Shown: positions 26,566-34,979 of the stretch, in pieces
Position numbering within the stretch: position 1 is the first letter of the stretch
Layout: each line of letters begins with the position of its first letter
DNA from: Blautia sp.
GTDB taxonomy: Bacteria > Bacillota > Clostridia > Lachnospirales > Lachnospiraceae
Assembly (NCBI GenBank): GCA_023663685.1
Contig: JAMPHB010000002.1
Coordinates: forward strand, 64,709-128,708
Direction of reading: 5' to 3'
DNA length: 64,000 bases
Translations under genes and position numbers: made by a program
The notes under the pieces: generated by a model
The model's input: only the letters and a program-made list of their open reading frames with translations
Told to the model about the DNA's origin: nothing
The model's database searches: none

Positions 26566-28437
26566 TCAGAATGAATTCCTACGCGGCCTGCGTCCTATAC
26601 GCCCCGGCGCTGCCGCCGGAACAACTGCTGTTGTAGTGCCGGCGGCAGGCGTATGATGCGGCACTGCCGTATATTCCGCGCCATGGATTGTATTCATCAG
26701 CATTCCCACATCTTTTGCCACCGTCGCCCATTCACCGGGTGAAACCTTATCCTTAAGCTTCCGCAGCTCTAAAATCGCGCCCTCCACATCCTTACCGTCC
26801 TTTTGGCGGTCGATCTGCGTGGATCTTGTGACATGAAAGCGTCTCATACACCTTTGCTTATACGCATCGCTGCTTTCATTCTCCAGCTCATAATTGAGAA
26901 TATCCGTTCTGCTCTTCAGCATCCCCTCCCGCCATTCCCCCAGCGTAACCTCCCCATCCTTATTCCTTTCAATGAGTGCGTCATCGGGATAGCACGATAA
27001 ATAATTCCATACATACCGCCTGTCCGCGGGCTGTAAAAGGAGAAATAAATCAAAGAAGGAAGTTCTGCTCTTCACGGACAGCAGCGTCTTAAAATATTTC
27101 TGGATGACCCCGGGGCTCTCCAGCTTCTCATACCAGTCCCTGATATTTTTATCCCTGAATATGAGCGTATGACGATTAGCGTAATTTTTCAGCCACAGAT
27201 AAGCGGTATGCAGATAGGTGTACTCATCCTTATCTCCTCTTACAAGCTCCGGCTCGTGGGCAATCCGAAGATCCTCTGCCAGCGCCTGTATTTCCCCAAC
27301 CCACCGGTTTCCTGTCTGACGCACCCTCTCCCAATCTGCAATGAGCGTCCGCGCGGTCTTCCGAAGCGCCTCTCTTCTCTCCGCAAATTCCTCCCCGGGC
27401 AGGAGTTCCCTTTGCTGGCACAAAAGGCTCCATGCCGCATTGATCTCCTCCCTTTTTTGCCCGGCCTCCTGCGCCTTAAGTAAAATCAGCTCCGCCCATC
27501 CTCCGTGCCCGAAGAAAAAGTGTGCCATTTGAACAAGAAGCCTTGCCCTTTCTATATTCGGCGCAAACGCTTCCTCCAGCAAATCAGCTCCTCCGGTGAA
27601 CGCGGTCAGGGCGCCGGCCTTGCTTACCCTGTCATTGACCGCGCCGATGAAGCCGCGCATCGCATCCTCTGCTCTCTGATTACGGCTTGCCGCCCGAATG
27701 CTCTCCTCCACCAGCTCTATAAACGCCTTGCATTTATCCGGCTCCTGTATTCCCTGCGCGTGCGCCAGCGACCAGTCCGCCCCGCCCTCAATCTCGCGCA
27801 GCTGCCTTCTGGAAACGGCCGCAGTTGGGACGTCCTGATAAAGCAAAGTTCCCTTCCTCGCACGAACTATGCTGTGTATCAGCTCCGGTATTTTTTCGAG
27901 AGCCACGCCGACCGTAGCCTGCGGATGCGCCGTCTGCTCTCCCAGCCTATTCATATAATAGCATTCGCCGTCCTTTCTCACCTTGTAGTAATTGACTCCC
28001 ACCTTTGTAGCTGCATAATCCGGCAGATTAGTCAGAAGCTTCCGGTGACTGTTTCCCGCATCCCCTGCGGCTTTTATCATGGCGGCCAGTCGAATCTCAT
28101 CCGCCTCGTCAAACGCATTCGTGACATACTCCAGATCCGGGCCGTCGGTGGTAATCTCATAACCTGTGCGCTTCGCCAGTGTGACCCGCTCTGCCGAAAC
28201 GAGCAGCTCTCCTGCCCTTTTCGGCTCTTCCGAGCGTCCCGCCGAGGCGAGCAGATTATCGACTTCGCTCTCCCTCTCTGCCATACCTCTGCCGGACCTT
28301 AACTTTTTGATATTCCATTTCCCCTTGTAGGTCTGGAATTCCAGCCCCACCTTTCTCTGTACCGGCATCTGCCGTTTTTTGCCGCACTCTCCCTTTTTCT
28401 CCCGCTTCTGCTCCTTCTTCATGCCGTACATACTCAC
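26566..28437 (-). CDS. Putative eCIS effector, actin cross-linking domain (ACD)-like / glutamine-synthetase-fold peptide ligase
   Basis: VQRKVGLEFQT, EITTD, LEYVT, QATVGVA, K....KSRT, AILELR in the order recalled for ACD. Confidence 0.65.
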   Translation of the reverse strand: MSMYGMKKEQKREKKGECGKKRQMPVQRKVGLEFQTYKGKWNIKKLRSGRGMAERESEVDNLLASAGRSEEPKRAGELLVSAERVTLAKRTGYEITTDGPDLEYVTNAFDEADEIRLAAMIKAAGDAGNSHRKLLTNLPDYAATKVGVNYYKVRKDGECYYMNRLGEQTAHPQATVGVALEKIPELIHSIVRARKGTLLYQDVPTAAVSRRQLREIEGGADWSLAHAQGIQEPDKCKAFIELVEESIRAASRNQRAEDAMRGFIGAVNDRVSKAGALTAFTGGADLLEEAFAPNIERARLLVQMAHFFFGHGGWAELILLKAQEAGQKREEINAAWSLLCQQRELLPGEEFAERREALRKTARTLIADWERVRQTGNRWVGEIQALAEDLRIAHEPELVRGDKDEYTYLHTAYLWLKNYANRHTLIFRDKNIRDWYEKLESPGVIQKYFKTLLSVKSRTSFFDLFLLLQPADRRYVWNYLSCYPDDALIERNKDGEVTLGEWREGMLKSRTDILNYELENESSDAYKQRCMRRFHVTRSTQIDRQKDGKDVEGAILELRKLKDKVSPGEWATVAKDVGMLMNTIHGAEYTAVPHHTPAAGTTTAVVPAAAPGRIGRRPRRNSF

Positions 28438-30374
28438 TCCTCCTTCATCAGCTCCTTATATTTCCCCCAGAAATCCCCCGACACGCTGCGCTCCAGCTTC
28501 TCATACTCCATGCGAAGCGCCCGCAGGACATGCCGCATATTTAAAGGGCAGTCCTCGTGCAAAGCCGAGAGGCAGGCGACCTGCACAATATTCTTGATCA
28601 TGCCGCCCGTCAGCGCAAACTGCCCGGCAAGGTAGTCCAGATCCAGCTCCTCCCGCGGCAGCTCCGGCACAAGGCAGCTCTCCCAGATGGCGCGGCGCTG
28701 CTCCTTCCCCGGCTCTCTGTAGCGGAGCACATACTTCATGCGCCGCAGAAATGCCTTGTCGATATTGTGGTAAAAATTGCTCGCCAGCACCACCACCCCG
28801 GAGAACAGCTCGATCCGCTGTAAAATGTAGGACACCTCCATATTGGCGTAACGGTCTTTCCCCTCCGACACCTCGCTGCGCTTCCCAAAAAGGGCGTCCG
28901 CCTCGTCGAAAAACAGCACCATACCGTTTTTTTCCGCCAGGTCAAAAATCCGCTCCAGATGCTTTTCCGTCTCTCCGATATACTTATCCAGGACGCGCGA
29001 CAGTTCCACCTGATACAGGGGCAGGCCAAGCTCTGCCGCAATGACATGGGCGGTCATGGTCTTTCCGGTTCCCGGCGCGCCCGCGAGGAGCACCGTAAGC
29101 GCGCGCCCGTAAGCATATCTGTCCTTAAGCCCCCATTCCTCGTAGATGCGGCAGCCTTCCAGCCCGCCCCGGATAATCTCGCACAGCGTCCGCTTCATCT
29201 GCGGCGAAAGCATGAGCTCCGGCAGGCGCGTCTGCGGCCTGACGATCTGTCCCAGCCTCCGGCTCTCACTGTCCATGAGCTTTTCGACACAAAGACCGGA
29301 AGGATTCCCCGCCGTCAGCGCGCGGCTGATCTCACTGGCATTCAGGCGATAGCGCAGGGCGCAGAGCGCCGGAGTATCCGGCAGCGCCTGCTTTTCCCCA
29401 AAGCCCGCCCACACCAGCTCCCTCTCCGCGCGGGTGAGCTCCGGCAGCTCTATGCGCGCCAGCCTGCCCGTCCGGGGAAGGATGTGGACACCGCTGTCCG
29501 TGCCAAGCATCAGGGGAATCCCCGCCCGCAAAAATACCTCCGCCGCATCCCAGAGGCGGTGATCCGCCTCCTCAATTCCATAGATACAGACCACGCTCCC
29601 GTAAAGAAAGGCGTCCCTCACCACCATTTCCAGCCTCTTCCCATCTGTTTCCCCGTCCTCAAACAGCCGCATCTTATGTACAAGCAGAAGATCTCTGTCC
29701 ATACGTCCGGCAATATGCCTGGCAAGAAAACGCCTGCCGCCCTGCCCCGCAATCTGTAAGACCGCGCCGGAGCGCAGAAGCGCCTCCCCCTGCCCCGCGA
29801 GCGCGGTGTGCACATACATGGGCGGCAGCGCCTCACTGCAGAGGGAAAATTCCGCCCATTTTCGTAGTGCCGGATCCCCGCCGTCCTCACCGGCAAGGTA
29901 GCAAAGCAGCGCATCATCTGCCTCCATATTCGCAAGGGTAAAGGGAACGCGCTCCTCCGCCGGGAGCACAAGCCGCAGGCGCTCCCAGCACTGCAAAAGC
30001 CTGCCGTGCTCCGTATCCGGCTCCCCCGCCAGTCCGCAGGCTAAGGCAAGCGTCGCGCCAGAACCCGTAAAATAATTTAAATAAGCCAAAAACTCGGGCA
30101 CCAGTGACGCTGTAAGCGCCAGCGAAAGACACGCCTGTATCACAGGCTCTTCCTTTTCCCCCGACAGCCTTCTCACGAGAAGCTGAAAACGCACTGCCTG
30201 CACACTCCGGCACAGCTCCGCGGACGGCTCCTCTTCTCCCCTCCCGGCAAGGTATGCCAGATAGGGAAAACGCGCAAGACTTTCGCTTCGCCCCGTGCAC
30301 TCCATGTATTCACAAGTCCTTGCGACCGTGGCGGAAAGCAGCATATCCAGATAATTCATTCTATCCCTTTCCAA
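28434..30374 (-). CDS. eCIS AAA+ ATPase (Afp15/Pvc15-like)
   Basis: GAPGTGKT, KYIGETEKHL, FFDEADALFGKRSEV...DRYAN.EVSYILQRIE. Confidence 0.93.
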   Translation of the reverse strand: MERDRMNYLDMLLSATVARTCEYMECTGRSESLARFPYLAYLAGRGEEEPSAELCRSVQAVRFQLLVRRLSGEKEEPVIQACLSLALTASLVPEFLAYLNYFTGSGATLALACGLAGEPDTEHGRLLQCWERLRLVLPAEERVPFTLANMEADDALLCYLAGEDGGDPALRKWAEFSLCSEALPPMYVHTALAGQGEALLRSGAVLQIAGQGGRRFLARHIAGRMDRDLLLVHKMRLFEDGETDGKRLEMVVRDAFLYGSVVCIYGIEEADHRLWDAAEVFLRAGIPLMLGTDSGVHILPRTGRLARIELPELTRAERELVWAGFGEKQALPDTPALCALRYRLNASEISRALTAGNPSGLCVEKLMDSESRRLGQIVRPQTRLPELMLSPQMKRTLCEIIRGGLEGCRIYEEWGLKDRYAYGRALTVLLAGAPGTGKTMTAHVIAAELGLPLYQVELSRVLDKYIGETEKHLERIFDLAEKNGMVLFFDEADALFGKRSEVSEGKDRYANMEVSYILQRIELFSGVVVLASNFYHNIDKAFLRRMKYVLRYREPGKEQRRAIWESCLVPELPREELDLDYLAGQFALTGGMIKNIVQVACLSALHEDCPLNMRHVLRALRMEYEKLERSVSGDFWGKYKELMKEE

Positions 30375-32067
30375 GCTCCGTAAACCACACTCTCTCCTTT
30401 TCGTCCTCCTTTAGCGCACGGCTGCAGAGAGCCGTGTACGCTCTTGCCGCCGCGTCCCTTTTGTCTGCGCGCAGAACATCAATAAACGCATCTCTTGCCA
30501 GTGCGTAACCTCCCTTCGTATACAGCGCGACGCCCCTCGCAAAGGACTCCATTGTGCGCTGTTTTTTCCTGCGCCGTTCGGCCGTATCCGCATCAAACAC
30601 ATCATAGATTTTCTCCAGTCCTCCGCCCGACAGACGCATGTAACCTAAAAATCGGACATGATACCTTTCTTCAAAATCCCCAATCTCCGCCGCCGCCGTC
30701 CCCGTAATCAGAATGGAGGCATAATAGCGCCTCGCGGCGTCCTTCAAAAAAGCCACCGCACGCGTCTGCCCGGAGATGTGGATAATGCTTGCATGGGCTT
30801 CGTGCCCGGCGATTCCCACCATGACCGCTCCTTTTACGATTCCCGCCGCCAGACCTTCCCCCTCCTTCCCAAGCATCTCCCCCGCGCGGATGGCCGCCTC
30901 CAGCGCCTGCCGGACACTTCCCGGAAAGCTCACATACACCGCCGCCTTTTCAAACTGCCAGACCCTGCCCTCCATGGCGAGAGCCGCCGCTACCGTCCTC
31001 GCAAACATGCGGTTGATATAGGCAAAGGTCTCCTCCGAGCCAAGCTCCGGCAGCACAGCCACTGCCCTCTCCGGCTCCATGGCGAGAATCGTCAGATCCA
31101 CCACCGCCTGGTCGCCGAGGCGTATGTCCGCAATACTCTCCTTGTGAAGCAGCGCAAGCGTCTCCGGCGGAACAAACCTTTGACACGCCCTGTTTAACTC
31201 CTCCATCTCCCGGATATGGCCGCTGATATGTGCCGCCATACGGTTGAAGCCCTCCGTGATATCCCCAAGCTCATCGTTTCTTTCACACAACACGCTGACC
31301 TCCAGCTCTCCCTCCGACATCTTCTGCACGCCCTCCCTGAGATTTTGAATCGAGCGTATAATCCCGGACTGGACAAAAGCCAGAAGAATGACTGCCTGCA
31401 CAAAAAAGAGAACCGAAATATAAACAGCCCCCGATCCCACATAGGCGACAATCTCCTCCGGAAGCGACTTCGTGTACTCCTCCAGCCCGAGAATGGCAAC
31501 CACGCCTTCCTCCCCGTTCTCAACCGGATAGTAGGCGCAGATTTTTATATGATCCTCCCCGTGGCCGGACACCCACACAAATTTCTCCGTCCCCTTTGTG
31601 CGGTAGTCAGCCCCTCCCTCTGCGGCATGGGACAGGACTCTGCGGCAACAGTCCCATTCCTCTGTCTCAAAATCCTCTACCCTGCTTCCCGCCTGCTTTC
31701 TCTCCCCTTCGACCTCCGCCGTCACCCAGAAAGCCTCCGTCTCACTGACCGGACAGATAATAAAATAATTGTCAATCAGCTCACATGCCTCTTTAAGTTC
31801 CTGCAATTTTTCGCACATTTCATCATATGCGCTGTCTGTCCTTCCCAAAAGCCCGTAGCTCTTCATCTGCCCGGAGCTTTCCGAAAGCCCGGACTGCATC
31901 AGGTAGGCGGCTCCCCACATCGTATCCATATAATTGGTCGTGTGGAAATAAAAGACAAACACAGACATGGCAAAAACCGTCACAACGATCATGCCGGTTC
32001 CCAGCAGGAGAAAACGAATCACAAATTTTCCCCGCAGCCCGATGCGCGGGCGTCCTCTTTTTTTCAT
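30361..32067 (-). CDS. Membrane sensor: 2 TM + HAMP + degenerate class III nucleotide cyclase + TPR-like tail
   Basis: HAMP NDELGDITEGFNRM; RFVP...LGDQ linker; cyclase fold lacking catalytic residues. Confidence 0.8.
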   Translation of the reverse strand: MKKRGRPRIGLRGKFVIRFLLLGTGMIVVTVFAMSVFVFYFHTTNYMDTMWGAAYLMQSGLSESSGQMKSYGLLGRTDSAYDEMCEKLQELKEACELIDNYFIICPVSETEAFWVTAEVEGERKQAGSRVEDFETEEWDCCRRVLSHAAEGGADYRTKGTEKFVWVSGHGEDHIKICAYYPVENGEEGVVAILGLEEYTKSLPEEIVAYVGSGAVYISVLFFVQAVILLAFVQSGIIRSIQNLREGVQKMSEGELEVSVLCERNDELGDITEGFNRMAAHISGHIREMEELNRACQRFVPPETLALLHKESIADIRLGDQAVVDLTILAMEPERAVAVLPELGSEETFAYINRMFARTVAAALAMEGRVWQFEKAAVYVSFPGSVRQALEAAIRAGEMLGKEGEGLAAGIVKGAVMVGIAGHEAHASIIHISGQTRAVAFLKDAARRYYASILITGTAAAEIGDFEERYHVRFLGYMRLSGGGLEKIYDVFDADTAERRRKKQRTMESFARGVALYTKGGYALARDAFIDVLRADKRDAAARAYTALCSRALKEDEKERVWFTELGKG

Positions 32068-32094
32068 ACTTCTCCTCCTATGGCACGATAATGC

Positions 32095-32652
32095 TCATTC
32101 CATAATTGGTGCAAGCTGCAGCGATACACCGCGCACCCGCTTCACCGTGCGCACCCGCTCCGACTCAATCTCAACCGGCCCGATTTCATAAAACAGCGAG
32201 GCCTTGTAACTGCCGTCCGGCACATGGCAGATGCGCAGCTTGTCCTCCATCGGCAGATTGATAAGCTCGATGCGGCTGCTTTTCCCAGACTCCTTTTCCC
32301 ACACGATCGCAGGCTCATCGGTAAGCGCCTGCAGGACTTTCCCGAGAATGTGGGCCTCCTCTTTCGCCTTATCCCGGATATCCCCGTTGGAAAAAGCGGT
32401 GACCATATAGCAAAGCTCCACATGGACGGAGGGATATTTCTGCCTCTCCCCGTCCACGTCCACCATATCGTGGGACTGCAGGAGACTGCATTTTTTAATG
32501 TCGTACAGCCAGACCTTCACGGAAAAATCCCCCTTCTCCTGCGGGGCGCAGAGGGCAATCTGCTCCTCATAGGGCACGACACACGGCACCAGCGCCCTCT
32601 TTAACAGCGCAAGGAAAGCCTCCCCGGTCTGTGCGATTGCTGTGTAATCCAT
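32095..32652 (-). CDS. Pvc16/Afp16 (DUF4255) tail cap/terminator protein
   Basis: MDYTAIAQTG..L..LL, VWLYDI, P..VELCYMVTAF, ILGKVLQALTDEP, KASLFYEIGPVEIES. Confidence 0.85.
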   Translation of the reverse strand: MDYTAIAQTGEAFLALLKRALVPCVVPYEEQIALCAPQEKGDFSVKVWLYDIKKCSLLQSHDMVDVDGERQKYPSVHVELCYMVTAFSNGDIRDKAKEEAHILGKVLQALTDEPAIVWEKESGKSSRIELINLPMEDKLRICHVPDGSYKASLFYEIGPVEIESERVRTVKRVRGVSLQLAPIME

Positions 32653-32655
32653 CCT

Positions 32656-34065
32656 CTATCTCCCTTCCGTTTCCTCCGTCACGGACTCCGTTTCTGTCTC
32701 CTGCTGTCTGACCATTTTGATGCGGACGCCTTTTTTGTACACCACGCTAAAAGCTTCCCCCGTCACCGGATCGTACTCTGTCCCCGCCCCGTTTCGGATT
32801 CCCAGCAGGAATCCGCCCTCGTAGATACAAAAGCCGTCCTCCCCGTAGAGCTTTCCCTCCCCGTCGTACCTGCCAAGGCGAAAACCTCCGATATACACGG
32901 GAAAGCCGTTCCCGGCATGATAGAGGCTCCCCTCTCCCCCGTACAGTCCCGCCACAAAGCCTCCCTCGTACAAAATTCCTCCCTCTCCGTAGAGCACTCC
33001 CTCCCCTTCATATGCCCCGGAGGCAAAGCCTCCCTCGTACAGGATTCCTCCCTCTCCATAGAGCTTTCCTTCCCCTTCATATACACCGGAGGCAAATCCT
33101 CCCTCATACAGCACTCCCTTCTCTCCGTAAAGCACTCCCTTTCCCTCATACACGCCCGAGGCAAAGCCTCCCTCGTACAAAATTCCGTTCTCTCCATAGA
33201 GCTTTCCTTCCCCTTCATATACACCGGAAGCAAATCCTCCCTCATACAAAATTCCTCCCTCTCCGTAGAGCACTCCCTCTCCCTCGTACACGCCCGAGAC
33301 GAGGCCTCCCTCATACACCAGCACATCTCCCCGGTAGATGCTGCCGCTCCCCTGCACCGGGGCGTCCTCGTCGAAGGTTCCCGCAAAGAGCACCCTGCCG
33401 TCCTCCCCGTAGAGTTTCCCCCCGCCGGAGCGTTTTCCCATGGCAAAGACGCCCACATAGGAGAGACGGCCGCCCTCGTAGAGCGCGCCCTCTCCCTCGT
33501 ATATTCCTGAAGCAAAGCCTCCCTCGTAGCGCTTTACGCCGCTTTCTTCGTAGAGAATCCCCTTCCCCCCGTACACTCCGGCCGCAAAATCTCCCTCGTA
33601 CTCCGCCAGGCCGTTCTCATAATACAGACAGCCCCGGCCCTCATAGAGATTGTTCACAAAACTTCCCCTGTATTTCAGAAGACCGCTCCCATAGTAGAGC
33701 GCGCCCTCCCCCTCATACTTTCCCGAAACAAAATCTCCCTCGTAAAGCAGACTGCCGTCGTAATCGTAGAGCTTTCCCTTCCCCTCTATGCTTCCCTCCG
33801 AAAGCCTCCCCGAAAAAAGCAGCCTCCCGTCTCCCGGCGCCAGCAGGCGCACCTTCCCGGTATACGCATACATCTCCGGCGCATTCAGCTCCATGGTTTT
33901 TGTCAGGAAGTGCGACTGCACAAATGGAATCCCGCAGAGCACGGTAAAAAGCGCCGCCAGCGGAAGCAGCAGCCCAGCCAGGGCAAGCAGCTTTTTCGCC
34001 ACCAGATAAGAACCGATGGGCACATAATCGTGCAGCTTCTTTAATTCTCCGTCCCCTCCATGCAT
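32656..34065 (-). CDS. Membrane-anchored MORN-repeat protein
   Basis: N-terminal TM followed by many YEGxFxxGxYEGxGxLY repeats. Confidence 0.88.
   Translation of the reverse strand: MHGGDGELKKLHDYVPIGSYLVAKKLLALAGLLLPLAALFTVLCGIPFVQSHFLTKTMELNAPEMYAYTGKVRLLAPGDGRLLFSGRLSEGSIEGKGKLYDYDGSLLYEGDFVSGKYEGEGALYYGSGLLKYRGSFVNNLYEGRGCLYYENGLAEYEGDFAAGVYGGKGILYEESGVKRYEGGFASGIYEGEGALYEGGRLSYVGVFAMGKRSGGGKLYGEDGRVLFAGTFDEDAPVQGSGSIYRGDVLVYEGGLVSGVYEGEGVLYGEGGILYEGGFASGVYEGEGKLYGENGILYEGGFASGVYEGKGVLYGEKGVLYEGGFASGVYEGEGKLYGEGGILYEGGFASGAYEGEGVLYGEGGILYEGGFVAGLYGGEGSLYHAGNGFPVYIGGFRLGRYDGEGKLYGEDGFCIYEGGFLLGIRNGAGTEYDPVTGEAFSVVYKKGVRIKMVRQQETETESVTEETEGR
32955..33300. repeat. 69-bp tandem repeat (~5 copies) within the MORN gene
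   Basis: 23-aa unit GVYEGEG(V/K)LYGEGGILYEGGFAS; DNA matches at offsets of 138 and 276 bp. Confidence 0.85.
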
Positions 34066-34964
34066 AGCCTCTCCCCTCCTGTCACGGTATCCTCTGTCCC
34101 GGACGCTTCCCCCGCCCCGGGCGCCTCCGTTTCCATATCCACACTCTCATATCCCCGTATTTCCAGCGTTCCGATCCGGGTCAGGGCATACTCTGCCATC
34201 TCCGGCGGCCTGCGCAGCACCCATACAAACAGTCCCCACAGCAGGACAACAATCAGCCAGTACAGTGCCTTTACGATCTGCCCGGCATGGGAAAAAAGTA
34301 TATCCCACTGCAAAAGCCTCCTCTTCTTTTTCATCTCTCCCGGCCTGCGCAGCCCCTCTTCCTGCTCCCGGAACGCCTGATACACCGCCGGAGCGTCTGC
34401 AAATGCCGCCTCCGCAAGCTCCCTTCTGTATTCCAGGGCCGCATGGTTTTCTGCCTGCAGCTCCCCGGCAAAAAACACCGAAAAAGCGTCCGCAAGCCTC
34501 CTCTGTAACGCCGGAAGCTCCCCCCGGTTCCCGGCCGGCATATGATTGACATGCACCGCAAGACTCTCATCCGCCACCCACAGGGAGGGCTCCGCCGCCG
34601 CCCACTGCAGGCACAGCGGAAGCCCGCGAAAGATAATCTCCTCCAGCAGCGCGCGCCACAGAAGAATCCTCTCTTCCACCCCCGCGTCCGCCTGCTCAAG
34701 AAACGGCGGCAGCGCATAATAGCGAAACACCGCCCAAAAGCCGTCTTTCGCAAAACACTCCACAAAATCCGGCGGCCTTACCGCCTCTTTGTCCAGCTCC
34801 GGAAAACATGTAAGCATCTGCTCCGCCAGCCGTCTGTCTGTGTACTCCAGCAGCCGGTACAGCCCCTCTCTGCCCTCTGCCCGCGCCAGATACACCCGCA
34901 GCTCCTTCTCATTTTTCTGCACCTCGATCACATGATAGGTTTCACGGGGCGTCTGTATCACCAT
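34041..34964 (-). CDS. Single-pass membrane protein with a putative pseudokinase-like N-terminal domain
   Basis: YHVIEV...VYLARAE...LYRLLEY resembles a kinase N-lobe, with no HRD or DFG; TM LYWLIVVLLWGLFVWVL; acidic tail. Confidence 0.55.
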   Translation of the reverse strand: MVIQTPRETYHVIEVQKNEKELRVYLARAEGREGLYRLLEYTDRRLAEQMLTCFPELDKEAVRPPDFVECFAKDGFWAVFRYYALPPFLEQADAGVEERILLWRALLEEIIFRGLPLCLQWAAAEPSLWVADESLAVHVNHMPAGNRGELPALQRRLADAFSVFFAGELQAENHAALEYRRELAEAAFADAPAVYQAFREQEEGLRRPGEMKKKRRLLQWDILFSHAGQIVKALYWLIVVLLWGLFVWVLRRPPEMAEYALTRIGTLEIRGYESVDMETEAPGAGEASGTEDTVTGGERLCMEGTEN

Positions 34965-34979
34965 CGCCTGCCCTCCGTC

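Noticed and set aside
32955-33300. CRISPR-like array
   Set aside because: Contiguous in-frame coding repeats without unique spacers; no cas genes
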